Of a stretch of DNA of 64,000 nt, positions 1-13,139 are shown one piece after another. The notes under the pieces are model-generated. The model was not told the origin of the DNA. It was given only the letters and a program-made list of their open reading frames with translations, and made no database searches. Source of the stretch: Lama guanicoe (taxonomy: Eukaryota); NCBI GenBank assembly GCA_013239625.1, contig MU054323.1, positions 16,682,029 through 16,746,028 on the forward strand. The letters are read 5' to 3'. The translations under genes and the position numbers were made by a program. Every line of letters starts with the position of its first letter. The first letter of the stretch is position 1.

Positions 1-814
1 CTGCAGGCAGTGATCTGGGCAGTTGTAGGGCTTGACTTTGTCTGTTACTCATCTCTCAGGGATCAGTGTCCTTTCTTTCCTGCTGACCAATATCTTGAAA
101 ACAATTGATTCATATACCTTGTCCACGTTTGGGATTTTGAAAGACAGAAATCGTGATTTGGGGAGTTGTAACTGCAGCACTTTCCAGACCTATAAACCGT
201 TATTTTGTACATAGCAAACCCTAACATATTGAACTTCTTTTTTAAACATTTCTGTAATATTCATCTATAAAATAAAGCAAGTCGAACAATTGCACTATGA
301 AGTTAGTTACTTAATTGGACTCTGGTTAGAACTCTGAGGTAAATTTTTGTTCGGTTTTATAGAACATTCTTAAATTTTGGCCAATAAAGTTTGCATATGA
401 AGAATTAAATTATTTCTTTCCTCCTTCTTAAATACTTGATATTTACATATCGCAACTGATTTAAAATTGGGGAACCTGATTGGGAAATAGTCTGCTGAAA
501 ATTACAGGTGGAAATAGCATTGGAAATTTTTAATGCTGTGTAACTGTGCCTCTACCAAAGACTATTTGGACAGCCCCCTCCAGTCAGGCGGCTGCAGTGG
601 ACTGTGAAATTCGTCAGGAGCCTAAGACTGTCCTATTTTTTAAAGGTCCCAGTCATGAAGATAGCAGTTTTCCAGCCAAGCTACTGATTCGGTTATTTAT
701 TTTGTCTCTTTGTTTGAAATGCATTTTATTTCCTTAGTGTTCTTCAGTCCTAGGAGGTCGGGGTACTTAGCAATGGTAATTAATCACATATATATTGAGC
801 TAATATGGGATCAT

Positions 815-1350
815 CCAAGGTCTGATCCATGTTTGTGAGTCTCAAGCTTATACAGTTTGGAGAATCATTGAGAAAAAGAACACAAAAATACAAAATTAGG
901 TATGAAATTAACTTTCCTTAGAATGAAAGAGACATCGCAACTGATTATAAAATTTTAAAAGCTGACAAATGTCACAAATATTACAAAATTTTTTTAAAAA
1001 ATCATTATTTTCATTAACTCTGAGGCATACCTCCAGGATACTTTTTTCCTATATTTTGCCACATACTCTTTGTTCACTTTGTCAAAAGACATTAATTTTT
1101 TTTTAACATCATTGTCTAGAGAGAGAACAGAGGATGGCCACTCCTGCAGCAGCTAGTCCAGCTCTGCCCAGCCTTAGCACCTCTGGTTCCCAGCCCCGTT
1201 GCACCCCAGCTGCGAGTAGGTCCCCGGAAGCCTTGAAGCCTGGACTGTGGTGGCCCCTGAGCAGGGGACCAAGCAGCACCTTATTCATATCCTCCTTGGA
1301 GTGCAATTCAGGGTCTAGAGTGTAGGCTTCAGAAGTGAGCTATCCACCAG
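815..1350 (+). mobile_element. Degraded hAT-Tip100-type DNA transposon remnant (Zaphod-like)
   Basis: AAGCTTATACAGTTTGG...AATACAAAATTAGG...AAAAGCTGACAAAT resembles the recalled consensus; right boundary uncertain. Confidence 0.45.
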
Positions 1351-1502
1351 GGTGTGTAGGGGACCTCAGCCTGCACAGCTCCTCAAGCCTTCCTAGTTGG
1401 GGGCTGGGGCTTCTCTGAGGAGGACAGGCAGGGACAGGAGCAGGAAGAGGTGGGCACGAATCCATACAGGTGAGGTCCCCTGAGTAAGAGCAGACTAACT
1501 CC

Positions 1503-1646
1503 GGCAGGAGGGTATAGCTCAGTGGTAGAGCTCGTGCTTAGCACACATGAGGTCCTGGGTTCAATCCCCAGTGTCTCCATTAAAATAGATAAACCTAATT
1601 ACCTCCCCTCAAAACAGACGATACGAAATTTTTTTTTTTTTTTAAA
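1503..1646 (+). mobile_element. tRNA-Ala-derived SINE (Vic-1-like, camelid)
   Basis: Pol III A box TAGCTCAGTGG (1515-1525), B box GGTTCAATCCC (1558-1568), tail AAACCTAATTACCTCCCC, and perfect 13-bp TSD AAGAGCAGACTAA at 1486-1498 and 1647-1659. Confidence 0.9.
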
Positions 1647-2931
1647 AAGAGCAGACTAATACCAATATCTGGCCGTCTTCTTCCAACTGCTGACAGCGTA
1701 AAAGCCGAAGTCCTCAGCGAGGCTCTCAGGATACCCGTGCCCCACCCGGTCTGTCTTCCAGCGGGCCTCCCACCGCCCCCACGTCCCCCACGCACGGTCT
1801 GTGTTCCAAACCTGCCTCAGATGCTTCTGCCATCTGGCTTGGGGTTTTTTTCGTCTTCTAGGGCCACCTTCCCTCCCCCATGTCCACTTGTGGAAATCTC
1901 CCTCCCCACTCCAGGCCTGGCTCCAGTGAGGGGAGTTCTCCCACGAAACCTTCCTGATGTGCATGACTTGATGTGCTCGCTCCCTCCTCAGAATAGCAGG
2001 GCACCTTGAGATCCTTTAGCCCAACCACCCGTCAGATCTTCAGCAAGGCCAGGCAGGGACCAGCCACCGTTCATTCACCTTTGTGTGACCTGTCTAGCTC
2101 TAGGTACTCAAGTAACGTGCATTAAGCTAAGTCAATCACCTCAGGAAAGAGAAAAACACTTCTCATGTTCCTACGGTTCCCAAAAGAGAAAACAGAGTCA
2201 TTTCTACCCTCAGATATGATGAGACAGGGAGAGAGCAGAGAAAGGGGTGGGGGCAGGAGAGAGCAGAGGGCCGGGGAGGCAGGGCAGAAGATGGAGAAGC
2301 CCAGACAGGAGACAGCCAGCCTGAGGTAATGCCACGACCGGCCCTTGGAGCACAAACTCAAGGTGCTTTCTGATTCCCCTAAAAACAACACAGACCTGCG
2401 TACGTTCTATGTAATTTTTTTTTGTTGCGACTGCCTTCATTCAATGGAATACAAACCACATACTAGGTTTGTTTCGTCATTGTGGCATTTCTGTCACCCA
2501 ACTGCTTTCTTTTTTTTTTTAAATTTTAATTTTATTCCATTTCTAGGCTTCAGTTTTCAGTGTGTTGTTTTAGCAATAAAGTAACTCCTGCAGGAGCCTA
2601 GTGTGACGCTTAGAATGATTTAAAGGAGTCACAGAGGCCCATCCCTGACAACCCGGTAGAGGTGAGTGTCCCCCTGGGGGAGACTTAGCCCCTGTGATCT
2701 TTGCTAACAGATTGGGAAGTAAAAAGACTGATGATTTTTATTGCTTTAGAGATCTGGTCCTACAACATATACATATAGTGATACCACATATAGCATTTTA
2801 AAAGTTTTCTTTTAAATGCAAAATACCCCCTACTTTATATTCACATTAAACTTCTAATTTTTCTGAGTGTTATCATGCCTAGTATTTTAATGAAAGCTTT
2901 TTACTTGCTAAGATGGGTTCAGAAAGTGATG

Positions 2932-3040
2932 CCATTTTGATCACTGAGGAAAGGAACAAAGGTGAGATTTGCTGGAGGTCACACACCTAGTTAGTGAGAG
3001 AATGAGGACCAGACCCAGGTGTCCTGACGCCCAGCACCGG
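2932..3040 (-). mobile_element. MIR fragment
   Basis: GGTCACACACCTAGTTAGTG...ACCCAGGTGTCCTGAC, MIR core in reverse. Confidence 0.6.
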
Positions 3041-3169
3041 GGCCTGAGCAATAAGGAAAGAAGTTATATTCGGAGCCGTACAGTCTTAAACCGTTTAGAA
3101 TTTAATGTCCTTCAGAAGCCACCCCTTTGTTTTCATTTCACCTGGAAGAGGGATTGTTGCGTCACTTGG

Positions 3170-3410
3170 TAGCACAGTTTAGCTTTACTGGAAACTGCTG
3201 TGCCGTTTCTCAGACAGTGGCACCATTTTGCATTCCCAGCAGAAATGTCTGAGTTCCAGTTCTTCCACATCCTCAACCAACACTTGGCACGGTCAGTCTC
3301 AGTCTTTGATTGTAGATATTCTGAAGGATGTGTGGTGGCCTCTCATTGTGGTTTTAATTTGCACTTCCTTGACTAACGATTTGAACGTCATTTCATGTGC
3401 TCATTGGGTG
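3170..3410 (-). mobile_element. Old L1 fragment (ORF2 end / 3'UTR)
   Basis: CCATTTTGCATTCCCAGCAG...CCACATCCTC..CCAACACTTGG...CTCATTGTGGTTTTAATTTGCA, typical L1M antisense text. Confidence 0.75.
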
Positions 3411-4919
3411 TCTTCTTCCTTAATTCAGTCGTCCTGACTCACCCAGTGACACTAAATTCAATAACCCCACAGCCAAAAGCATCCTTCTCAGTTGCTGGAA
3501 GGTTGTTACTTTTTCTTTCTTGCTGTAACGCCGGCAGTACGTAAAAAATCTGACAGGAGCTCTGATTTCCCTCCTGTCCCAGGGTGAGAGCATCAAAACA
3601 GACCCTCAGGAATCCCTGCATCGGAAGCTGAGCAGGTAGATTGAGCCTATGGCATTGGAACATTGCTGGGGAAAGGGAGATACGTCACGTGTCCGTCTCT
3701 CTTCCTCCCTTGCTCGTCTATGCTTATAGGAACCCCTGTTGATACAGCCCCAACAACCAGTTCTGAGTTCCCTGACCTCTCCCAATAGTCCATGGTAATG
3801 GTAATTATATCGTTCCTCAATTCTATCTATATTTCTTTGAATTGTTAACTACTCCATATGTGCATGTGTTCATTCCCTAAATAAATTAAAAGACACCTCA
3901 TCTTATCTTGCTTCTGTGTTCTCGCAGTGCTCAATAAATGCTTTTAAAGATCAATTAAATTTGCAAGAGAGGAAGAGAGAGAGAGGGAGAGACAGAGACT
4001 GAACTTACTCTAGGTTTCAGAGCAGTTATTTCGTGTGAACCCAAACTTTTCATCTCTTAAGACTTTACGAGATTCCTCCCCATCCACCCCCTACTCTTGT
4101 TGACAATGTAAAACAAACCACAGTTGGCCTGGGAAGTATCTTTATGGAATAAATCAGCATATTGTTTTGAGTTTTTGCCCTACATGTATTAATTTTAAAA
4201 GAACACATGTCTTGGTTCAGTAAAAATTTGCAGAAAGCCAGACAGCCCATAAAAAGAATTTGTTGGTTGAGATGTTTATCCCTCCAGCTCTCTTTTCGCT
4301 TTTTATGACTACAAAGAATACTGGTGTTTCTTTACTTTTCAGAAACATCTACTCCGGAAGGCTTCTTTCTGGCCAGGTCCCTAATGGGAAGTCCCACTGG
4401 GCTGAAGCAACAGGTCTCTATGAGGCCTGGTTCCTTCCCTGCTTTTGACTGGTCTGTCCACAGGTGTGTAGTCCCCACCCTGCATCTGCCAGAAAAAGCA
4501 TCTCTCAGCCGGGACACTTTACTTGTGCAAGGTATGATCCAGAGAGGCTGGGCCAGGTCGCACTGGCTCAGCCTCTATCTCTGCCTTTGTCATACTGTGA
4601 TGTCTACATGATGGGGAGTTGGGAGTCCCGGGGGGACCTGGGGGAGCCCAGCGTGTTGCTGCTTCACTTCACTGTCTGACATAGAGGTGGACATTCAGAG
4701 GGCCACAAAAATCAGACTTTTTAAGAGGAGAGCTAAAGTCTTCCAATGATTGATCCTCAGTTAACCAGTCTTTCATCAACCAGTAAGGTTACCAATATTT
4801 ATAATGATGATCCTTAAAACATTCAAGATCTGGACGTGCCTCCTGCATTAAAAAGGAAAGATTAAATCATCTGGTAAATGATAGTATCTTAATATAAGTG
4901 ATTTTAGTATAATCTCAAC

Positions 4920-5105
4920 CCGTTGGCCTCCAAACTTTTTTGATTGCATGCTTGAATCAGTTTTTAAAAACTGGCATCTCCCAATATATTTACAATTATT
5001 TATTTAAAAATTATGTGTATGTGTGTGTATATGTATATCTATTCTACTAAAATGTTCATGATAAAGCATATAACATATATAAAACATTTTAAAGGGTAAG
5101 ATTAC
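4920..5105 (+). mobile_element. hAT MER96B-like fragment
   Basis: CTCCAAACTTTTTTGAT...CCCAATATAT..ATTTATTT resembles the recalled MER96B. Confidence 0.5.
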
Positions 5106-5109
5106 CTCC

Positions 5110-6040
5110 CTTCTTGATTAAAAAAAGAAATTCTTAGCAAAGCATAAATAAAGGGGTACTTTCTTACCATGATAAAAGATACTTAGGAGCACATTATGCT
5201 CATCAACACAGAATTTAGAAGCATTTGTACTGAAGTCAGGGACAGGATAAGGATGACATTATCACTGTCATGATTTAATATTGGTCTGGAAGTACTAGCT
5301 CTAATTAGAAAAGGCATGTCAATTATAATATAACATTTGAAATTAATGTATTCACAGGGTATAATAAATATCATTATTTGTGTAGGTAAACTTATATGCA
5401 TGAAAAACCTGAGAGAATTAACTTCAAAACTATTTTCAACAATAAGAGAATTTACAGAGGTAGCACAGTTAAAGAGTAATGTGTAGAAATCAATAGTCAC
5501 CACAAATACCAATTAACAGCTACTTAGAAGATGTAATAGAATGTAAAGCCTCCTTTACCATCATCACAAAACAAAATCAAATATCTAGGAATAAACCTAA
5601 GACTCATGCCTGATAGGTTAGCAGAAATCTAAGAATTCCAAGGGTTTGAACAAATAGACAGTGTATCTTGACTAAGAAGACAGCATCGTAAGTTAGCAAA
5701 GACTTCTAGTTGGTCTACAGATACAGTGTCATTCCAATTAAAATACCAATAAGATTCTTTTTGTATTCTAAGATTCAAATGGAAAAACAAACAGCAAGCA
5801 TCCTTGTGGAAATTCTGAAAGAGTTGAGTAAGGAGAAGGAAACATACCTCCTAGATATGAAAAAATGTACTATAAATCTATGATAATTAAAGCAGCATTG
5901 TGAATGAATAGATGAACAGATCAGTAAAACAGAATAGAAAGGTTATAAATTCATCCAAATACACAAGAAAACTTAATATACAATAAAAGTGGTGTGTAAA
6001 AATGTATCATCCAAAACTGAACCTCTGACCATCCACAGAT
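5110..6040 (+). mobile_element. Highly degraded L1 ORF2 fragment (L1ME-type)
   Basis: A-rich, with L1 ORF2 remnants (TATCTAGGAATAAACCTAA, ATTCCAATTAAAATACCA, AATTAAAGCAGCATTGTG); no open frame. Confidence 0.7.
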
Positions 6041-6065
6041 AAATATCCATTTATATCCATTTATT

Positions 6066-6498
6066 TACGAAGATGCAAAATATACATACAATGGAATGCT
6101 ATGCAGCCATAAAAAAGATGAAATCTTGCTATTTACGACAACATGGATGGACCTTGAGGGTATTACGTAAAGTGAAAAAAAGACAGAGAAAGACAAATAC
6201 CATGAGATTTCACTCATGTGGAATATTAAAAAAAAACTAACAAACAAGCAACCAAAAACAAAATAAATGAACAAACCAAACCAAGGCTAACACAAAGAGA
6301 GAACAGAGTAGTGGTTACCGGAGGGAAAGGGACAGGGGGAAAGGAGGGCAAAATGGGTAGAAAGGATCCATTGTATGTTGATGGATGGGAAATAAATTTT
6401 TGATGATGAGCACATGGTAGGGTATACAGAAGCAGAAATGTCATATATACATGAAACCTAGCTAATGTTAAAAATCAATGTTACCTCAATTTAAAAAA
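6066..6498 (+). mobile_element. L1 3' end
   Basis: CAATGGAATGCTATGCAGCCATAAAAAAGATGAAATCTTGC...CATGGATGGACCTTGAGGG...CAATGTTACCTCAATTTAAAAAA. Confidence 0.9.
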
Positions 6499-7839
6499 TG
6501 AGCCCCTGGAAGAAAAAGGAGGGTGGAAAGATAGACTGTAAAATTAAGCGACTGGTTTAGATTTAGTTTAACCAGCAGGCGGCAGCAGCATCTTGAGATC
6601 TGTCCACCCACAGCACCATGATGTTCAGATACACCTCAGGGCACCAACTGTGTTACAGGAGGGTCACAGTCCAAGTGTGCATGGCTGTGTCTGGAGCCAC
6701 ACACAGTAACTGCTCATGAAACGTCCGTACACTCTTTAGCTCTGAAAACCACAGCACGGAGAGGTTTGCCCACCAGAAGGGAATCCCAGGCTGAGGATTA
6801 CAGAGGACAAGCAGAAAAAAGAGAGGAAGAGGCAGGGAGGGAATAGCCTAGCTGGGCACCCACCCAGGGGACCCTTGCTGATGGACCACCCTGAAGATAA
6901 AGAAAGAGGTGCCTGTGTAGAGACCCCCGGAGAGCTCATCACAGGGAGCCCTGATGTGTCACCTGGGAACACCCATCACCTGCGGTCTGTCCACACCAGG
7001 AGCCTAGGGTGGCTCCAGTGTGATCTGGAGCAAACCAAGTACCCATTGTTGGGGACACTTCTCCTGTTGTGCCAACTCAGAAGGGTCACATCAGAAGGAC
7101 GTAAAATGACAAATGTGAGCACACTTTCAAACTTGATCAAAGGTAATTGTTCACTTTGAGATGAGCCTTATGTGTAACCTGCACTCACCTCACCGTTGGT
7201 GCCTTTTACTTCCAGAGGAGCCATGGACTGTGTAGACCCAGCAAGAATCCCAGCACCCTCCCCCCAAAGGAAGTTAAGGTTAAGAGCCGTAGAATAATCA
7301 GCGTCTTCTTGCTGCTGTCCAAGTGCAGGTCCTGGGAAGGAGCACTTACCCTGTGAGCCTCCTGCTTCATTTGCTTTGATCTTGGCAGGCAGCAAGGCGT
7401 CTTGTGGAACTTGATGAAAGACGCGAAGCTCAAGCCAGAACAGGGCAGCAGTGAGGGCTTTCCTGGATGCGGAGCTCACATCAAAGCTCTTGTCTTCTGT
7501 GCTGACATCTGTAAGTCTTTAGCTAGTCTGATAACACACACAGACAGACTCTTGGGTTCCCGTGGGGAGGAAACAGAGCCAGAGATGTGCTATACTGAGC
7601 TGGCAGATACAGTGTTCTTTTTGCACAAGTCTGATGGGAAAGCAGCGAGGCCAGAAATCTGACCACAGCGCAAGGACGACCAGGGCTGCCTCGGGGCTCC
7701 TGGTGGCTTTGTTGTCTATTCCCAGAGAAAGAGGAGGAAGGGATCCAGCACACAGAACACGGAAAAGGTGCTGCTTTGTCACTGGAGTTCACTTAGTTCC
7801 CAGAAATTTAGGCTTCTAGGGAAAGGTGTCATGAGAGAG

Positions 7840-8030
7840 GAGAAAGTCCTGGATTCTGATTTGGATTCAAATCCAGACCTGGTTCTTTGAACTTCAGCAG
7901 GTGACTTAAGCTCTCTGAGCCTCAGTTTCCTCATCTGTAAAATGGTGGCAAACATTCCTACTAAGCAGGATTTGTTAGGAAGTTTAAATTATTGTGCATA
8001 AAATAGCAAGCACGTAGAAATGGAGATTAT
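7840..8030 (+). mobile_element. MIR
   Basis: CTCTCTGAGCCTCAGTTTCCTCATCTGTAAAATGG core. Confidence 0.85.
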
Positions 8031-8559
8031 TTCTTAGCTTCGCTCCTGGCTCTTTATATTTTCCGGAGACATCTCCGCATTGCTTTTTATCTCCACATCC
8101 CTGCAGTGCCACAGATACCGCACTCACAGAGGAACTTGGTAAGACAGCTGGCCGACGATGCCCCTAGATTCTGGCTGTTTAATGACTATCTGCAGAAACA
8201 GACCCAGCCACGAGCTCACTGCCCAGAATCCCAGAAGTGCGTGGCGGCATCGAAGGAACTTTTCACAAGTCCTGGGAGAGGAGCTTCTTTCATCCCCTCC
8301 CACGCTGTGTTGCCCCAACGCTGTGCTGCACACACACTGGGTGGTGAGCCCAGGCCGGCTTTCTGCACTTAACTGGGTCTCAAAGCATAGCTTCAAACCC
8401 TGGTGAGACTTTCCTGAATTCACTTGTTTTATCTGATGTTGTTTTCGGTTTCCTATTGGGTCTAAGGAGGCTGGCAGAAGCTCAAGGAAGAAATCCTACT
8501 CTCGTGGGATTTTTAATTTTTTTTTATTTATCGTTTTTATTTTATCCAGTGGGATTTTT

Positions 8560-8735
8560 ATTAAACTGCTCATAGAAGATACTGTGTGAAATGCTTTACA
8601 CTCCTTGGCTCTTTTAATCCTCCCATAAGGTCATCACACCCATATTACAGGTGATGAGACACAGATTCCCTGAGGTTAAATGACTCACACGGGGGACAGG
8701 GCCACTGACCACCTGAGCTGAGTCATATCCAGTGC
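8560..8735 (-). mobile_element. MIR
   Basis: CCCATATTACAGGTGATGAGACACAG...GAGGTTAAATGACT, reverse MIR core. Confidence 0.7.
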
Positions 8736-9781
8736 TTTCAGGAGGAGATGATGAGAGAATGAGAATTTTAAGAAAAGGTAAAAATGCAATATTTTCTGGT
8801 GTTTTTAAGCCTGCAGAAGCCTCTGAAACTTGGTAGTTATTGACTTTACTTGCAAGCCTGATTGTCTAGGACTCTCCCTGCCCTCCTTCCCTCTTCCCAT
8901 CACTGCTCTCTCTCATCCTTTCTTCCCTGTCTTCCCCCGGTTGAACCTAAAAAGGCACATACTGGCTCCGTTTTAGCAGGGACCTCCCAAACCCAGGGCA
9001 GGATTTTGGGGACCAGCCAAGGGAGGACCTCGCCTGAGCCTCAGCACCCTCCGGCAGCACAAGGAGCATCTTCGGCCGCTAATTCAGTCTTTTTTTGCAT
9101 AAGGCTCTTTGCCCTTCCTTCCCTTGGGGTGTTTTCAGTGTCTCCCAATAATCAAGCTGAGTTCTGTGTTACCAGCTCAGTGGTCTCAGTACGTGGCAGA
9201 AAGAGCCAAGGAGAAAACTGATACCCATGTTGTGTACACTGTCTTCTGGGAAATTCTGTCTCCTGCCTGGTTCAGGGCTGGTTAGTGCCAGCAGCCCCCC
9301 ACCCCGCAGGGCCATCTGCTCCTTTAGTGTAAGAGCCTCAGCATCTGGGGGTGGGGTCTGTGTCCTCCTTTCATCTTCCTGAGCTGTGGTAGAGCCAGAT
9401 AGAAGCCACACATCTTTGAATCCACAGCATCTAGAAAACCTGCCAAACAGCCGGTGTCCAGCAAAAGTCTTCTGGAGTCAGAACGGAAGGTGGGTTGATC
9501 ACACTGGGTGCTTCTCATAAGCTCACAGGGTTGGGACCACCAGCTATACCATGGACATGTAGGGGCAGAGACACCTTGATCTCACCTGATCTGATTCTGG
9601 AGTCTGATTCTGAGGACATTTCTTGACATCTCCCACAGCAGCCCTGCCCTGTGAGGTTCTGCCTCAATGGTTACAATGGTTAAAAACCAGATGACATTCA
9701 ATACTTCATACATATAATTTTAACCCTGCGAAGGACAATCTTCACTTTAGAGTTGCCTTTTAGGATTTTAGTCATTCAGGA

Positions 9782-9905
9782 TTGTCCTCATTTTACAAAT
9801 GAGAAAACTATTGCCCAGAGAGGCTAATTGCCTGGCCTAAGGTCACACAGCTAGAGAATCACAGAAATGTGATTCTAACTCAGACCTCTCTGGTTCCACA
9901 GTCCA
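9782..9905 (-). mobile_element. MIR
   Basis: CTCATTTTACAAATGAGAAAACT...AAGGTCACACAGCTAG. Confidence 0.8.
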
Positions 9906-10944
9906 TAGACTGGCCATGGATGGAGTCTTCCAAGTTTTTCTTGAGCACCCCAGGCCCTGTATTTCCTCACTTCTTCACTGGAAGCCCTGATTCCTTTACT
10001 AAGAGGTACAGTCTCTCCTATCTACATGCCTGGCTCCTCTAATATATCGTTTCTGTTTTGATGGAAAACAGTCACCCTCCCATTCACTCCGATTAACTAG
10101 AAGTCCCTGGGTCCACTCAGAGAGGAATCAGGTTTGAGGACAGATAAGAGAAGGCCCCTCTTCCTCCTTTGCCAGAAAATCACCCAGTCTCTGAGGCTGA
10201 ACTGTGGGTCCCTGAGGGATCTGGAAGGACAGCAAGAAAGGATTCTGGGCTGGTCCTGTTCTCCTATGGCCCTAACACCTCCAGTGTCACCATCTGCCCC
10301 AGGACACCAAAGATCAGGTCTTACTGTGAAGATTAAATAAGACAAGGGACATGAAGGTGCCCAGCACGGCATCTGACCAGACACACTGCAATCCTTAGCT
10401 GCCCTCCTCCGTCTCTTAGCACCGCCATCTCTCTCTGCTGGACCGTCCTGCCATCCTCCACAGCAGGCCCTGGCTCCCCTCTCTTCACTGCAGAATTATG
10501 TTCCAGGTGGGAGAAAGACCCTTGCCCTCCTGCACCCAGTGGACTAGGAGCAAGGAGCGGTTTCAAGTCGGGGGAAGGGCGGTGTGGGGTGGGAAGACAG
10601 AGCAGGCCATCCCGAAAGCCCAGGGATGAGATGAGAAGCTGGTGGAGAGACTGAGGATCCAGTTTCTTCACCACCTACGAATGACTCTGCATTTGTGTGT
10701 GTGTGAGTGTGTGATTCAGGTGGGTGAGCGGGAGGGAGAGAGAGAATCATAGCTATAATTAATAGTCATCATTTTTGAACATCTATAATCTAGGCCTGGG
10801 CTTGAGTCCTGGCCCATTCATTAATAACCATCCATGTGACCTTGAACCGGTCATTGGAACTCACTAGGCCTGTGTGAGCTTATGCTTCACTGTTGTGAGG
10901 GAGGTATAATTATTCTCAATTTGCTTATGAACAAACCAGCTGAA

Positions 10945-12890
10945 GTCTGTAGATATCCTTTGGTGAAGTGTCTGTTCCCATCTTTTGCCCATTTTTAAAA
11001 TTGGGTTGTCTGTCTTCTTATTGCTGACCTTTAAAAGTGCTTTGTTTAATTTGGATACAAGTCCTTTATTAGAAGTGTATTTTGCAAATATTTCCTCTCA
11101 GTCTGTGGCTTATTTCTTCAGTTTCCTTACATGGGCTTTTGCAGAACAGAGCCTTTTAATTTTAGTGAAGTCCAACTTACGCATTTTTTTTCATGGATTG
11201 TGCTTTTGTTGTCATATCTAAAAACTTATCACAAACCCAAAGTCATCTTGGTTTTCTCCTGTTTTCTTCTAGAAGTTTTATAGTTTTGCATGTAATGTTT
11301 AATGATGCATGTTGAGTTAATTTTCATGAGAGGTATAAAATCCATGTCTAGATTCCTCCCTTCTTTTGGGCACGTGGATGTTCAATTGTTTCAGCATTAT
11401 TTATTGAAAAGACTATTCTTTCTCCATTGAATTGCCTTTGCTCTATTGTCAAATATTAATTGACTGTATTTTGTGTGGCTCTGTTTCTGGGAGCTCTCTT
11501 CTGTTCCATTCATCCATACATCTATCCTTGTGTCAATGCCATGCTGTCTTAATGATTTTATAGTTAGTCCTGAAGTCAAGTAGTGTTAGTCCTCCATTTT
11601 TTTCATAGTATTGTATTCGCCATTCTGGGTCTTTTGCCTTCTCCTATAAACTTTAGAATCAGTTTGTCGATGTATAAAAATAGCTTGATTTTGATTGGAA
11701 CTACACTAAATCTATAAATTAAGTTGGGAAGAATTGACTTTTTTAATCTACTGAGACTTTCAACCCATGAACGTGGGTATTTCATTATTTATTTAAATCT
11801 TTGATTTCTTTTGTTAGGGTTTTGTAGTTTTCCACATAGAAATTTTGTACATATTTTGTTGGCTTTTGACTTGCTTTGTGTAGTGTTATAAATAGCACTG
11901 GTTTTAATTTCAAATTACAGTTGTTCATAGCAGATATATAGGGAAGCAACTGACTTTTGTATATTAATCTTTTATCCTGCAAATGCTATAACCGTTTACC
12001 AGTTTCAGGAGTTTTTTGTCAATACTTTGCGCTTTACTACATAGACTATCATGTCATCTGCAAACAAAGACAATTTTCTTTCCTTCTTCATAATCTATAT
12101 ACTTTTCACTTCCCCTTTTAAAAATCTTACTATACTGAGAGGACTTCCGGTACAATGTTGAATAGTAGTGAAAAGAAACCCTCATGTCTTGTTCCTGATT
12201 TTTGGAAGAAAGTGTCCAGTTTCTTACCATTATCTGTGATGTTAAATGTAGATCCTTGACATGTTGAGAAAATTCCCCTACGTGTCTACTTTTCTGAGTG
12301 TTTTTTACATCATGAATGTGTTTGGGATTTTGCCAAATGACTTTTCTGCATCATTTGATATGATTGTATGATTTTTCTTCTTCAGCCTGTTTGTGGTGGA
12401 TTATATTCATTGCCTTTTAGATGTGAGACTAGCCTTGCATAACTGGAATAAATCCCACTGGGTAGTGGTATGTAATTCTTTTTATACGTTGTTAGGTTTG
12501 ATTTGTTAATATTTTAAGGGCTTTTGCACATGTGTTCATGAGCCATGTTGGTCTGTAGTCTTCCTTTCTTGTGCTCTTTTACCTGATTTTGATATTAAGG
12601 TCATTAATGCTGGCCTTATAGAATGACACAAGGAGTGTTCCTTCTATATTCTAAAAGAGATTATAGATTATTAGTATAATTTCCTCCTTAAATGTTTTGT
12701 AGGATTCACCAGAGAAACCCTCTGAGCCTTCTTTTGGGGGAAGCTCATTAACAAATTATTCCATTTCTTTTGCAGATTTAGGCTTATTTAGATTTTCTAT
12801 TTCTCCTTGTGTGAGTTTTGGTAGTTTTCACTTTTAAGGATTTAGTCCATTTCATCTAAGTTATCTGATGTGTGGACACTTTTCTTTTTA
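10945..12890 (-). mobile_element. L1M ORF2 remnant (~2 kb)
   Basis: Continuous antisense L1 text. Short ORFs give L1 ORF2-like peptides (ILPNLIYRFSVVPIKI; YSQLIFDNRAKAIQWRKNSLFNK), broken by stops and frameshifts. Confidence 0.92.
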
Positions 12891-13139
12891 GTTGTATCTC
12901 TTGGGAAGAAAATTAGTAAGGGATCTCCAAGAACTGAACCAGGTTCTGCACGTTGATGAGAATTTGAGGAGATGATGCCTGTGAAACACTTAGCACGGGG
13001 CTGACAAGTAGGAAGCACTGCATAAATGTTAGCTGATGTTACGCATTTCAAATTCCAGGCTTACTAGACTCACGAAGTCCATGCGTGTATGCTTGAGCTT
13101 GGTGGTCTGCCCCTCACCTAGCCTGATCTTTAAAAAGGA

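Noticed and set aside
1..450. Possible 3' end of the neighbouring gene RMDN2 (AATAAA at 271 and 383)
   Set aside because: Suggested only by recalled human synteny. No coding exon is visible and the hexamers lie in AT-rich DNA.
1506..1579. tRNA-Ala(AGC) gene
   Set aside because: The anticodon and acceptor stems are mismatched, and it is followed by a SINE tail and flanked by a TSD, so it is a tRNA-derived SINE.
11397..11982. ORFs with L1 ORF2-like peptides as an active retroelement
   Set aside because: Fragmented by stops and frameshifts; a fossil L1.
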